A stretch of 64,000 nucleotides of DNA from an uncultured Nitrososphaeraceae archaeon (GCA_963825865.1 CAWGVG010000014.1:128001-192000); one strand, 5' to 3'. Shown: positions 33,842 to 46,107, numbered from the stretch's first letter. Program-made: numbers and translations. The notes: generated by a model from the letters alone, not told the origin.

Positions 33842-34362
33842 TTGATCACAATTGATTCAGTGATTGGAAATATCAAACAAGAATAAGAAATTGAAGAAAA
33901 ATATGATGAGATGTCTTACAAGAAAAGTTTGTGAAACTATTAAAATCAGCAGATTAGAATCACAACGAGTCAGGATGAGAAAGACATCTGACAAGGGTAC
34001 GGATATTGCTCTGACCCTTCCACAAGGCACCCACCTTAGACATGGCGATGTTATTATGCTAACAGAAGACAAGATGGTCGTTGTGGAGATAGAACCAGAG
34101 AATGTAGCGATGATCGAGATCAAAGATAACATACATAATGATAATGATATCATTGAAGTACCTGTTAGAGTTGGTCACACTATAGGCAACCTGCATCGTC
34201 CGATAAAGTTAGAAGGAAACAAAATTTACTTTCCAATTCAAGCTGGATACTGAACTAGAGATGTTCAAGAAGCTTTTTGCACCAGTAAATGAACATATAG
34301 AAATCAAGAAGACAAAGATGGTCTTCGAACCTGAAGAGGGCACAGAAATACATGAGCATTGA
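33842..34362 (+). CDS. ureE: Urease accessory protein UreE (frameshifted)
   Basis: LRHGD, GHTIGNLHRP, FEPEEG..IHEH*. Confidence 0.88.
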
Positions 34363-35064
34363 CAAGATAAGGATAGAAGAAATAAGTATACTGCAGACTA
34401 TCTGATTCTTTTTTTCCAACTGGTATGTATGCAACATCAAATGGCCTGGAAGCATTATTTTATAGTAAGAAGATAAAGCATGCAAACGAATTGCGTGATC
34501 TGATTAAAAGTATATATGGAACACCAAATAGGGCCTGACAGATTGTACTGCTCTAGGAAACTCCTATGAATATGCATATAAGGATCAGATTTAGCCAAAT
34601 TGATAGAAGTAGATCAAATAATATTTTCAATGAAACTTATTAAGGAGATAAGAGACGACTTCAACCAGATCTGGTACTCAGCTACTCAGATGCTTAAGCT
34701 ATTTCATAACTGATAACGAATTATTGAATAGATATCAAGAAGCAATAAAGAATAGACAGGCTTCTGGTGTATATCCTGTAGCATTGGCGATTGCAAGTAG
34801 CACTCTAAATATTCCAAAGCAGAAAGCTGGCCTGATGATGCTTTATGCTTTTTCAGTAAGCATAGTCGGAGCAGCGTTAAGATTGGGTATGTTACAGCAT
34901 TTTGATGGCCAAAGAATCATTCATGAATTAAAACCCACTATTTTGGAAACAGTAGATAAACAACATTGATAGACCATTAATGAGCATGTGGCAGTTTGCC
35001 CCAGAAATAGATATTATTCAGATAACACATGAAAGAATGGGATTCAAAAATGTTTATTACTTGA
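34352..35064 (+). CDS. ureF: Urease accessory protein UreF (frameshifted)
   Basis: SDSFFPTGMYATSNGLE...AALRLG...GQRII...HE..SKMFIT*. Confidence 0.88.
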
Positions 35065-35083
35065 TTGCAGTCGTACTTTTTTT

Positions 35084-35744
35084 GTGAGCTCTAAACGAAT
35101 ACCTAGAATAGGAATTGGTGGCCCTGTTGGTTCAGGAAAAACCATGCTAATAGAGCAGAGTCGTTCCTATATTATCAGCTAGAGGTTATAGAGCAGGTAT
35201 AATTTCAAATGATGTAGTCTCAAGGGAAGATGCCGATAGGATGAGACAGAAATCTAGCATCTGAAAGGGGGTTGATGGCTGAAGATTTAGTAATTGGATT
35301 AGCAACTGGAGGATGTCCTCATACAGCTGTACGTGAAGATCCGTCAATGAATATATCGGTAGTAGAGGAGATGGAAGTAAAGCACAATGATGATCTCGAT
35401 TTGATTATAATTGAGAGTGGAGGAGACAATATTACAACCACGTTTAGCCCTGCTCTAGCTGATTACTTTATATATATTATAGATGTTTCTGGTGGCGATA
35501 AATATCCAAGAAAGAGAGGTCTGGGTATAGAGAGTTGTGATCTCTTGGTGATAAATAAGATCGATATTGCACATACGTTGGCGCGGATCTTAGCATAATG
35601 GAGAGAGATGCCAAGGCTGTAAGAGGAAATAAGCCATATGTCTTAGTGAACTGCAAGAACGGGTCAAGGGGTTAAAGAAGTAACAGAGCACATTATAAGA
35701 GAGCTTCTTTTCGAGTCCCCTCCAAAAGCTGTTGCAAAAAATAG
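35084..35744 (+). CDS. ureG: Urease accessory GTPase UreG (frameshifted)
   Basis: GIGGPVGSGKT, TGGCPHTAVRED, ESGGDN, INKID. Confidence 0.92.
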
Positions 35745-35763
35745 GGCATAGTCATAATAATTA

Positions 35764-36695
35764 ATGAATAACATAGAGTTTTACACTCCAAATGATATTC
35801 CTCCTGAGGTATTAGCATATGGATCCGAGTTGAAACAACTTGGAGTAGGAAAAGCAGGAAAGATTGGTGCCCTGACATTAGGATTAGAGACAAGATATAG
35901 AAAGAGGAAAGACTGTTGTTAAAGAACAGTATTCGAAGGTTCCACTTTATACTCAAAGAGCATTATACCTAGAGGAGTCATTACCTTCGATGGCGTACAT
36001 TTACATAATATCTCCATCTGGAGGTATACTGCAGGGGGACAGATACAGAATGGATATAACACTGAACAATAACGCATATTGCTCATATAACAACACAAGG
36101 TGCAACGAGGGTATACAGAATGGAAAAAAATTATGCTACACAGATAGTAAATGTTGTTGTTGACGATGGCTGTTATTTTGAATTTATTCCCGACCAAATA
36201 ATCCCTTATCGCGACTCACGTTTCTACCAGAAAGTTAACCTGAAAGTTCATGATAATGCAACGATGGTCTATTCCGAAATGATAGTTCCAGGAAGAGTTG
36301 CCAGAGGAGAATCATTTGAATACGATATATGTTACATGAAGGCTTTAGCAAGGAATCAAAATCATATGTTAAGGTTCATCGATATTGCCGTATTAGAGCC
36401 TAAGAAACGTATCTTGAAGACACTTGGGATACTGGGCAATTTCGACGTCGTAGGAAATATGTACATACTCACAAAGACGAAATATGTGGCAGAATTAAGT
36501 GAGAGAATAAATTCCGTATCACAAAAGTTTAGCCGTATTTCAGGAGGAGCAACAATATTGCCTCATGATTCTGGTGTAATAGTAAGAATACTTGGAGAGG
36601 TTGCAAGCGACCTTAGAACTGCTATGTATGAGATAATCAAAGTCACTAGAAGGATTATACTCAATGCGTCCTTTAGCGGAGTAAGGAAAGGTTAA
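35764..36695 (+). CDS. ureD: Urease accessory protein UreD (frameshifted)
   Basis: SPSGGILQGD, TTQGATRVY, FIPDQIIPY, PGRVARGESF. Confidence 0.9.
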
Positions 36696-36752
36696 GCCAT
36701 GTGCAACTAAATATTTCATTTTTAACCTGATTTTAAACTATGTCTTTTTATT

Positions 36753-36923
36753 CTATCTCCTACCCGTAATCCAGAACTCGGTAACCTTTATCCTATGTCC
36801 TTTCTTATCACGGTGCATATTAGCAATTCATAATATATCGAATACTTCATTACAATCTTCACACCACGCAGTAAGGCTTTTTCTGTGCCTATCAAATGCA
36901 TTCATAGAATGTGTGTCCATCAT
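36753..36923 (-). pseudogene. C2H2 zinc-finger microprotein with an internal TGA
   Basis: WCEDCNEVFDIL*IANMHRDKKGH. Confidence 0.5.
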
Positions 36924-37022
36924 AATTTATTATGATTCCTGGGTAAATGTCTTTGCATTAACATACATTTCCCAAGATTTACTAACTAATTTGCATAAAT
37001 GATTTTTTCCAACTACGATAGA

Positions 37023-37208
37023 TTACTTAAGAATGACTATGGCGGGAATAAATTGCTCATCTGGATATGCTTGTTTAATAAAAGCCAACATTTGGATATA
37101 ACATTCGCTGCCTTTGAAGGTGTTAGTAGTTAGTACCCCTTGCCACATATTTGCCCTTACTGTAATTGTATCTGGCTTTAACTCTAACTGTATCTTAAAT
37201 GATTCCAT
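37023..37208 (-). CDS. Small hypothetical protein
   Basis: ATG-start 61-aa ORF. Confidence 0.4.
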   Translation of the reverse strand: MESFKIQLELKPDTITVRANMWQGVLTTNTFKGSECYIQMLAFIKQAYPDEQFIPAIVILK

Positions 37209-37261
37209 AATTGTTTAAATTTGCCTGTTACAATTTATTATTCTTTCTTACAATAGGCAGA

Positions 37262-37729
37262 CAGACTTCCTCGCTAGTAACCTAAGCGAAACGATTTTCT
37301 TTTCCTTGATGTCTACAGCAGCAACGTGTATGTTCAGATAATCTTTCCTTAAATGCCATTTACGTTACATCCATTCACCTCTATTTGTAACTTTGATACC
37401 AGTGCTACAATCACAATGTCATTTCCAACAGGATCATTAATCTTAGTATTTAACCTGCTTGCTGGTCTACATTATTTAGTAGTCTGGAATGGATGGAATC
37501 TTAATACCTGCATGCACACTGACTACACCTTCAGTCTGTCTATATAGTAGGTGGAAAAATACTCGCTTATAATTAAGCAATTGGACAAAGGAATCATGGC
37601 AAGAGAGTGGGTCGCCTTTCCTATCATCATTCATCTCACGTAACTCCTGTTTCCAGTTGTCAATAACACCAAAATCTAGAATTACTTCACCATGTCTGAG
37701 AGTGCTTCGTTATAAAAAATCCAGTTCAT
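37262..37729 (-). mobile_element. IS5-family transposase remnant (N-terminal half, degraded)
   Basis: Manual translation: MNW..YNEAL..GEVILDF..IDNW..EL.EMN...FHLLYRQTEG...STGIKVTNRGEW..KW..YLNIHVA. Confidence 0.78.
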
Positions 37730-38217
37730 CACCACGAGTTAATATCGTCAAGTAATCTATGTAATGATTGGTCAAACGGCCCTAACAAAATGATGAATCA
37801 TGCAACAATTCAGTAGATTACAAAAATAAAATTAGTTTGTCATTATGATGGATAAAATTGATCTTATATCCCACATAGCTCTCGAAAAGATATCTCTATT
37901 GTAGTATGCTGGAATAAATAATTATTTGCACAAGAAATGTGGAGTGAGATATTGGTCATTACTATACTGTTTCAATAATACTCATATAATCTATAACATT
38001 TTTTAGCAGGTTATTGTAACTATAGATTAGTGAATTCCTATAAATCAAAAAATATTGTTTTTCATCATACACATGATGTGGATAACCGCTATCAGAGAAT
38101 AAAACATTATTATTGTAGAATCCATGATTTAAAAATATTATGTGTATTCTATATTACAAAGTTCTCTGATATTAATACGATGTATTTATTTATTACAGCG
38201 AGTTAAGAGTCGGCGAT

Positions 38218-38829
38218 GTGCCATATGTAACCAAATCGCACTATGATATAACTTTTCTTACAGATATTAGTGGTGAGGAAATGCAAAAGGTATTGATGTT
38301 TCTTGACAATGCAAATAAAATTATTGGTGAATATTTTGGGCTCAGAACATCATTTGATATCGTTATTTGTAGTGGAAGTTGGGAGATGGAAGTTCAAGTA
38401 ATATCTAGAAGACGTCAGTTATCTTTACTACAATACGATGACACAAAATGTGTGGCAATGACTGATTATCGTTTACAAGAGATCATCATCAGGTATGACA
38501 CTGCAAAATTTGGTCACTATTTACACGAGCTAATACATGGAATTTTAAGCAAAAATCATTCTCAACAACTCAGAGAAGGTTTAGCATGGTATTTTACTTT
38601 GCAGTTAACAGAACCGTACAAATACGTAAGGCCCTCATATCCTTCATGGGTCGATCACCTTTATGTATACCCAGTAAAGAAATTAGCGCGAATTGTCGGA
38701 GATGACTTCTTGAAAGACTTTGCGCTTGGAAAAGCATTCATCCATAAAAATGCTCTTCCAAATGATGTACAGGATCTATTTCTACCTGAGGAATTATTTT
38801 ATGCAACAAAAAGACGGTATCATAGATAA
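38218..38829 (+). CDS. Putative zinc metallopeptidase (gluzincin-like)
   Basis: HELIH followed by LREGLA. Confidence 0.65.
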   Translation: MPYVTKSHYDITFLTDISGEEMQKVLMFLDNANKIIGEYFGLRTSFDIVICSGSWEMEVQVISRRRQLSLLQYDDTKCVAMTDYRLQEIIIRYDTAKFGHYLHELIHGILSKNHSQQLREGLAWYFTLQLTEPYKYVRPSYPSWVDHLYVYPVKKLARIVGDDFLKDFALGKAFIHKNALPNDVQDLFLPEELFYATKRRYHR

Positions 38830-39257
38830 CACAGTACTATTATTGATTTATAGGCTTTATATCGTATGAGATATTATTTAGGTTCTGGTTAATTATTGCT
38901 AAAAACACATAGTCTTCTGAGATGCTTATTTTGTGATTATCACATCATTTGATTCTGGATCTAATGGAATAGCCCCAATTATAATAAATTGCATTTGCCA
39001 CAGTACCTTATCTGAATCGGCCAAATGCTCCAGCGGTTGTGAAGGGAGTCATATATTAGCAGTATAAAGAAGTATTACTTAGAAGGAAGCCAGTATTACT
39101 TAGATCACGAATCCGCTATTGTATTTCGTTAAGATCTGATCACTATCGATTACTGTCGTTTCTTTTGTTTAATATTGTTATATTACTGGGAGTAACTGTA
39201 TTTTGCTTCACTGATGGTTATGATACTTATGATACTAGTATGGCTCTCTTGTTGTTA

Positions 39258-41456
39258 TTATTTTGGAATGTAATTATGATTAACTTTGTAAATTAGCACT
39301 CCAAATACTACACCTGGATTGTTGCTCCTAAAACTAGGTGACGCATACACTAGATGAAATGGCTGATGGTTATCTCCATTGTCGGGATATTTAATGTGCT
39401 TGGAATGGAGTGCAATAGTGCCAGGCGAGTATTGTTGTGTGAGATTAGTTAAGAGTCCCCCTCGTATTGAAGCATAAGTTTCTGGGGTAAAAGGAATTAA
39501 CTGGCCTAGAAGAGTTCTATTCCAGAAAATTGGAGTAGGAGTTAATCCATCTTGCTCTAAGTACTTGCTCTCATCAAACCCTCCTATTCTTATAAACCAC
39601 TGCTTCTTGCTTTCATCTCCTCCATTACCTAAAGTATAAAAAGAGGTACCATTAACCCCAGCGAAACGTTGCGCTACTATGTAAATTAGAATGTAATCCG
39701 ACTTCAGATCCTGTGCAGTTTTAATTCCATCTTTTGTGTCATCCATAAACATTTTTGCAATAGTTTGTATACGTGTTTGATTAATAGTTCCATTATCTGC
39801 TAAGCTAGTTCGATTGCCCAGTGTAGTTATCCAATACCCATAGTCCCACCACGATGCAATTACTGCATTTTTTGGAGTATTTTTTGAAATCCAATCCAAA
39901 GCATCTATCCAGTCATTAGTCTGCAGTCGATACCCTGTGCCACCATTAGCTATTGATGGAGGAATGTCTACCAAGGTTAGCCAATTGGAGTTGGATGGAT
40001 ATACCATTGGAATTGAAAGCATGAAGATAATTACCGCGACGTATGCAATTCGGATAATTCTTGCCTGGATTGGTCGCTGGACTCCTCCACTACTGTGCTC
40101 GAATTTTTTCTTTTTCTTTGTTTTTCTCGCTTTTGTTGCTGAGGTTGGTATCAAACCTGATGATGATTCTCTACGCTCTAGTATACTTCGTGTTACCTCG
40201 TATATACCCAGGCCTGCCAAGACAATGATTCCAATTGAGGCATATACTAGCAATCTGGCAAATGTTGCACTGACATAAACTCCTGTAAGTCCGATAATTA
40301 ATGCAAATATCGACATGTCGTCCCTACGTTTAAAAGCCATCCATGCACCAAGCCCCGCGAACATTAAGAGAATGGAGTAATCATTAAAATAATCTACCAA
40401 GGTGGGTGTAAAATGTTCGGCGACTGATGCGGTTAAAGCATTTTGCGTGGATAGAAACGGGTTGATGGCGTTAAGATATCTAAACGACGAAGGATTATAT
40501 GCACCCGCACTGACGACACCTATCGCAACTGCTACGAATGCAACTAAAAGAAACAGTGTATTTCGGATCTCATTTCTTGGCTGAGTGAACTTTTTCAAAA
40601 GGTTTGCAATAATCAAAAATACTGTGCTACCGATTAAAGCAATACCTGGCAAACCCGTCACAAAAGAAATTCCCGGTCTTGGAAATCCTCCTGCACTTAT
40701 CATAGTAAATATCGTAAATGCAATCGCAACATACATCGGAATTTGCGTATCTCTCCTAAAAAATGGAAGAGCAATCAAAAATAATGAAAGCGGAATGCTA
40801 AAGTACTGGATTCCTCCCCATGATGCATTCGCAAGTCCAAGTATTATGCCGCCTGCCACTGCTTTTGGAATAGCATATTTAACTTCTCTATGCTTTATTG
40901 CAGAAAGAAACATGTAAACTGAAAGCAAGCCAAAAAATAGTCCAACAGGTTCCGATTTGAACCATCCTAGGTTCCCCCTCTGGATGATAGCCGGGGAGAA
41001 AGCGAATAATAGAGCTGAGAACATTCCAGCGGTAGTACCACCCATTATTCTTACAAGAGCAAAAACAATTACCGTAGTCAATGAACCGATAACTACTGGC
41101 AGGATAATTGTAAAATTTAACAAGGATTGACCCGCACCAAACGCACTATACAACAAAGCAGTAACTACATGAAGTCCTGACTGAGACGTCCCGGGAATAT
41201 TGCGTCCTTCAGGATACCATGACATTGTATCATGCCATTTCCAGTATGCATCAAGACCATGATCCACAATATACTTGGTAGCACGATAATCAAAGTAAGG
41301 ATCAAACTCGTTTAGAAAATAACCGTATTTTATAGGATAAGCTCTCATGATAAACGCAGTAGTAAATGCAATAGACAAAACGCAAATAACTAAAAGATGC
41401 CTTGTCTGAAATTCAAAACCAGCTGTTCTTAATAGAGTCTTGCGACCTTCTAGCAT
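39258..41456 (-). CDS. aglB: Oligosaccharyltransferase AglB (STT3)
   Basis: EFDPYF, multiple TM helices, SVAEH, WWDYG, DESK. Confidence 0.95.
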   Translation of the reverse strand: MLEGRKTLLRTAGFEFQTRHLLVICVLSIAFTTAFIMRAYPIKYGYFLNEFDPYFDYRATKYIVDHGLDAYWKWHDTMSWYPEGRNIPGTSQSGLHVVTALLYSAFGAGQSLLNFTIILPVVIGSLTTVIVFALVRIMGGTTAGMFSALLFAFSPAIIQRGNLGWFKSEPVGLFFGLLSVYMFLSAIKHREVKYAIPKAVAGGIILGLANASWGGIQYFSIPLSLFLIALPFFRRDTQIPMYVAIAFTIFTMISAGGFPRPGISFVTGLPGIALIGSTVFLIIANLLKKFTQPRNEIRNTLFLLVAFVAVAIGVVSAGAYNPSSFRYLNAINPFLSTQNALTASVAEHFTPTLVDYFNDYSILLMFAGLGAWMAFKRRDDMSIFALIIGLTGVYVSATFARLLVYASIGIIVLAGLGIYEVTRSILERRESSSGLIPTSATKARKTKKKKKFEHSSGGVQRPIQARIIRIAYVAVIIFMLSIPMVYPSNSNWLTLVDIPPSIANGGTGYRLQTNDWIDALDWISKNTPKNAVIASWWDYGYWITTLGNRTSLADNGTINQTRIQTIAKMFMDDTKDGIKTAQDLKSDYILIYIVAQRFAGVNGTSFYTLGNGGDESKKQWFIRIGGFDESKYLEQDGLTPTPIFWNRTLLGQLIPFTPETYASIRGGLLTNLTQQYSPGTIALHSKHIKYPDNGDNHQPFHLVYASPSFRSNNPGVVFGVLIYKVNHNYIPK

Positions 41457-41942
41457 TATAATGTGAGTTAATTTACCCTCTTTTTTAAGGTACTGTCAAG
41501 AAATAATAAAAAATATACCTAAGTTAGCATGATTATAAATGAGGCAAAATGCAATATCATCTATGATATTACAATAAAAGAGGAATTAAGTAGCAATTTT
41601 GGGTTATGTTCAATCTAATGTTGTTTAAAATTGTTGTTCTAAATTTGTTGGTGAATTTTAGCTGATTATAAAATCACTATCATCACCGAAGTTTAAATTG
41701 AAGATTAATTCTGCTAATGACTTTTGGTAAATATTAAGTGGTCGAAGCCTTGAAGAACTCAAAAGATTGTTGAATCCCATATGAAAAAAGAACTAGATAT
41801 ATTTGAAATGCAATGGAACAACAAAAGATAAAACAAAACCCATTTTTGTAATTCTAGTTTTGGATATAAAAAATGATGATTGATAAAAGAAGGGGAGAAC
41901 CACAGTTTGATCACTGTGCGTCATAAGAAAGAGATTAATCAA

Positions 41943-42020
41943 TCACTTCTTTGATGACTTAGTCCCTGCTTTGACTTTCTTTGCAGACTTTGCCCCTTTT
42001 TTCTTTGCTGCCATTTTCAT
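41943..42020 (-). CDS. 25-aa Lys/Ala-rich basic micropeptide
   Basis: MKMAAKKKGAKSAKKVKAGTKSSKK*; AT-rich TATA-like sequence upstream. Confidence 0.5.
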   Translation of the reverse strand: MKMAAKKKGAKSAKKVKAGTKSSKK

Positions 42021-42117
42021 TTATATAAAAAAAGAAATCATATTTAAGTTTTTTAATACAGTTTATTAATACAGTGTATAATACACTGTTCGCAACAATT
42101 ATTTTTTTCCTTGCTCA

Positions 42118-42789
42118 TTATTCTCGTTCTAAGATTTTTGTTTCGCATATCTTAACAAGCTCTCTGAATATTTCGGCATCTTTTTGTGTACCAACTATTG
42201 CTCCATAGTGCATTGGTATTGCAAGCTTCTTAGGCTTGATAATTTCATCAACTGCTTGAGCAGCCTCTTCAGCTGTCATAACATATGTACCTGAAACAGG
42301 TACAAATACAATGTCGGGATTGATGGATTTCATTTCAGGAATAATATCTGTATCACCGGTATGGTATATACGTTGATTGCTCAATGTAAAAATAAATCCG
42401 ACCTTGTTGTCATCCTTTGGATGAAATTTTTTATTTGTATTATATGCTGGCACAATTTCAACTGGAATATCTTGAATAACTAATCTATCGCCTGGTTGCA
42501 CTCCTTTTACCTCCTTAACATCCAGTCCTTTTAGCTGTTCAATGCATTCTTGTGCAGCAATTATGCTCGTTCGCTTACTTATAACATGTTTCAAGTCATC
42601 CATACTTAAATGGTCAAAGTGATTGTGAGAAATGAGAAGGATGTCTGCATCGTTTTTATCATGGTTGCTAGTTGTAACCTGATACGGATCAATATATATG
42701 GTCTTGTTGTCACCGTTATTGTTGTAGCCGACTATTCTAAATCCATCATGACCCATCCAATAAAATTTGATACCATTATAATCTAGCAT
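42118..42789 (-). CDS. MBL-fold metallo-hydrolase
   Basis: IYIDP, SHNHFDH, YHTGDT, IPMHYG. Confidence 0.92.
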   Translation of the reverse strand: MLDYNGIKFYWMGHDGFRIVGYNNNGDNKTIYIDPYQVTTSNHDKNDADILLISHNHFDHLSMDDLKHVISKRTSIIAAQECIEQLKGLDVKEVKGVQPGDRLVIQDIPVEIVPAYNTNKKFHPKDDNKVGFIFTLSNQRIYHTGDTDIIPEMKSINPDIVFVPVSGTYVMTAEEAAQAVDEIIKPKKLAIPMHYGAIVGTQKDAEIFRELVKICETKILERE

Positions 42790-43066
42790 ATATTACTCTA
42801 TTATTTTATCCTAAATAATACCACTTTATTTATACTTTCCAAATATGGACTCCCAACTAAAGACTAACTATTCCTTTCTCAATGAAAAATTGGCTGTCTA
42901 CCAACTTCTACTACCACACTAATAATTACTTATCAAATATCTCTTTCTATTTTGATGTTATTTCCATGTCACTTAATAAAGTCTAATAATTTTATTTTAT
43001 TCAATAAGGCACAAAAGACTATGAATCATCGATTTAACCCAATAATAATTTTTTATTCAAAATAAT

Positions 43067-43465
43067 TTAAAGTTGTTCTTCAAGCCTAGGATTTGCAACC
43101 ATTAGTCTGTTTTTGCTTAGCGTAACCACAAGCACATTATTTGATATTAATCTCCTACGCAGATCTGTATCAATAGTCGCGGCAGCGCACTCGTGGCTCA
43201 CAGAATATTCAATTATGGCGTCGTCAACATCCCTTGTTTTTGTAACTTTGACGACTTTAAATTTAGAATTGGCGATTTCAATTGCAGTTTTTGCTATCAT
43301 GGATCGCTTTGGTCCGGCCAACTCTTCCAATCTCTCTAGCTCATCCATTACAATATCCGGAATCAAGAAATTCAGTTTACCTAAGTGGGCTTCAACTTTG
43401 TCCATCTGCTTTATCGGTGTAGAAACAAGAACCATTAAGAAGCTGGTATCACATATAACATTCAT
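43067..43465 (-). CDS. PIN-domain protein (Fcf1/Utp24-like)
   Basis: ICDTSFL...VDDAI...TID..LRRR; conserved position after aIF2-gamma. Confidence 0.85.
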   Translation of the reverse strand: MNVICDTSFLMVLVSTPIKQMDKVEAHLGKLNFLIPDIVMDELERLEELAGPKRSMIAKTAIEIANSKFKVVKVTKTRDVDDAIIEYSVSHECAAATIDTDLRRRLISNNVLVVTLSKNRLMVANPRLEEQL

Positions 43466-43468
43466 CCT

Positions 43469-44732
43469 TTATTTTGCTGCCCCTACTCCAATCAGTCGCC
43501 ATCTATCCGCAATCCTTCTACTTATTGCCACTCTATTATTTGGCATCAGGCAAACTGGTTTCCTCAACTTTATTTCTATCTTGCCATCCCTTGAACTTGT
43601 AACTGTCCCAAGAATGGCAGAGGTACCAATATTCAACCTCAAAGGTTCCTTTACCTTTATAGGATCAACTTTAACCATGTCTTGTGTTCCAACTGCTGTA
43701 TCAAAAAGGCGAACTTCTACTATAATTTCTTCAATATCATTTGGCAAGGTATTTGGTTTCCCAATAACCGATCCAATCAAAGAATCACTCTTTATAAAAG
43801 TTGGATCTAATTTTGTACCGATAGCAACAAGTCCACCTGGCTTTACTTTGTCTACTAGACCAGCTCCAGTTCCAAGGGTAGATATAGTGGAAGTAATTGG
43901 TTCATATTTGCCCTTTTTTTCATCTAAAAATCCCGGACGAATTTCAATTTCGTCTTCTACATTAAATTCACCTTGAACCAAAGCACCTCCTATCACCCCC
44001 CCTTTGACTTGTTTTATCGGAATACCGGGCTTGTTAATATCAAATGATCGTAAAACGTGCATTATTGCTGCCTGCATTCCTTGTTCTTGTTGGCGTCTTG
44101 ATTGTATTTTCAATAGCTCCAATTAAGGCGTCTATGCCGAGCTTGTGCTGTGCCGATACAGGAATAATTGGAGCTTGGTCGGCTACACTTCCTTTTACAA
44201 AATCTTTGATCTCCCTATAATTGTGAAGAGCCTCTTCGTATTCGGTTAAGTCAATCTTATTCTGAACAATTACTATTTGATGAATTCCAAGCACTTGCAG
44301 GGCGAGCAGGTGTTCTCTAGTTTGGGGTTGGGGAACTTTCTCGTTTGCCGCAATTACTAGAATAGCGCCATCCATTAATGCTGCACCTGATAGCATATTT
44401 GCCATTAAACTTTCATGTCCAGGAGAATCAACAAAACTAACAACTCTAGATAGCTCGCTTTTTCCTGCACAATTTGTGCATGTAGGTTGGGTTGAATAGC
44501 AAAGTGGAGGAGGACAATTTGGACATTTGTAAAAAGCTGCGTCAGCGTAGCCAACTTTGATTGTGATACCTCTTCTCAATTCTTCACTATGTGCGCTAGT
44601 CCATACACCAGTAATAGCTTCAATTAATGTAGTTTTACCATGATCTACATGACCAGACGTCCCAATGTTGACGCTGGGTTGGTATCCAAATTCTTTGATG
44701 TACCAATTAGGTAATGTCTCCCTCCAGTGCAA
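43469..44732 (-). CDS. eif2g: Translation initiation factor 2 subunit gamma (frameshift near 44090)
   Basis: [44 protein letters not shown]. Confidence 0.95.
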
Positions 44733-44837
44733 TGTTTATCGTAAATTTCTTGGGGGATATTAAGGTAATTACCTTCGAGAATTTTTACTTCTCTTTTTAA
44801 TAGAGGCTATTTATTATATTTTTCTGTTTTCTGTTTG

Positions 44838-45251
44838 CTACCCTTTATTCTTTGCTGGTTCTTTATTGTCAGACACTTCTGCCTTTACTGGCAAGATGCC
44901 CTCTACTAGCAGACAATTTAATTGATAAATTTCTTCAGTGATCATTTTTCCTCGGACTAGTTTCCTTATCCTATTTCCCTTTTCTTTATTCTTCATTCCT
45001 ACTCCTCTAGAAAGCAAGACATATTTTTTTACTCCGCCATGCACATCTGGACGCATAGGGGTCCCTGATTTGTCACTCCCGCCTGTTATCTTCATCCTGC
45101 CGCCTGAAACTCCGATGACCGACGAATCAATAATGTCTCCAATCTTTGATCCAAGTAATGGTTGAGCCGTTCTATCCTTTAATTCCTGTGCGATGCTTTT
45201 ACCGTTGGTATCAGAAATAACAAGCTTAAATTGAGGCAATGTAAAAAGCAA
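44838..45251 (-). CDS. rps6e: 30S ribosomal protein S6e (start possibly 45239)
   Basis: KITGGSDKSGTPMRPDV...RKLVRG..I...YQLN. Confidence 0.95.
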   Translation of the reverse strand: MLFTLPQFKLVISDTNGKSIAQELKDRTAQPLLGSKIGDIIDSSVIGVSGGRMKITGGSDKSGTPMRPDVHGGVKKYVLLSRGVGMKNKEKGNRIRKLVRGKMITEEIYQLNCLLVEGILPVKAEVSDNKEPAKNKG

Positions 45252-45955
45252 GCATTCTAATGGCCTTAATTAATCTTTGGACTTTTGAAAAGCGCTGTTA
45301 AGTCAAGTATGTTATCGTCTGTCACGTGAATTGGCAGATGGAGAATTTTTGATAATGTGTGCTCTATCTACATTGTGTTTATGAATACTCCTAACCAATT
45401 GAATCTCTACTCGTTGTTGGATCAGATATTACTAAGAACAGATCAGCCAGCTATTTCAATTTATCTTTATTCTCTTTCCACTTTATGACCTCTGTTATTT
45501 TTGACTTTTATGATTCATTCTGCCAATATTCCCATTGTATGTGTTTATCCACTAGCTTGTAAAATCTTTTATTCCTAAGAAAGTCAGAGTATCATCCGTT
45601 GTGCACTATCATATCTATATATCTTATTCTTTAGTTACATATTTTCATAAAATAGTTAATATCACAGTATTGTCAATAGTCTACCAATTTGGCTCATGGC
45701 ATGATCTAATACCGCGCTAGTCGCGCTAGAAGTTTTTGTTAAAGGAAACGAGTTGAAAAATACATAAATTATTCTCGCCCGACCAGATCTGTAGAGATCA
45801 TCTATGCATGCTTAGGCGACCATAGGCAGATGAATAAACGATAATGTTTTTATGCATATTGTCTCATATTATAAGTATTATAATCTATCTGAACTGTCAG
45901 TTACAAAAATATTTCAGGACCTTTGAAATTATTAATGATGTTTTCCGTTAAGTAA

Positions 45956-46107
45956 ATGGTGGAAACATTAGCAAAGAAAATTCAGCTAAAAATAAATTAG
46001 AATGTCCTCGTTGTGGATTCATAATGGCTCATATTCAGGCATGCCATCTTCGCTGCCCCAACTGTGGAGCTGAACTGACATGCTCAGATAAAGGTATGTT
46101 TTGGTAA
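45956..46107 (+). CDS. CPxCG-type zinc-finger microprotein (start uncertain)
   Basis: ECPRCGFIMAHIQACHLRCPNCGAELTCSDKG. Confidence 0.65.

Noticed and set aside
43113-43976. 287-aa + strand ORF
   Set aside because: Antisense shadow of aIF2-gamma and the PIN gene
45770-45840. Possible structured RNA (CATCT...AGATG stem)
   Set aside because: Pairing is short and imperfect; no family motif recognised
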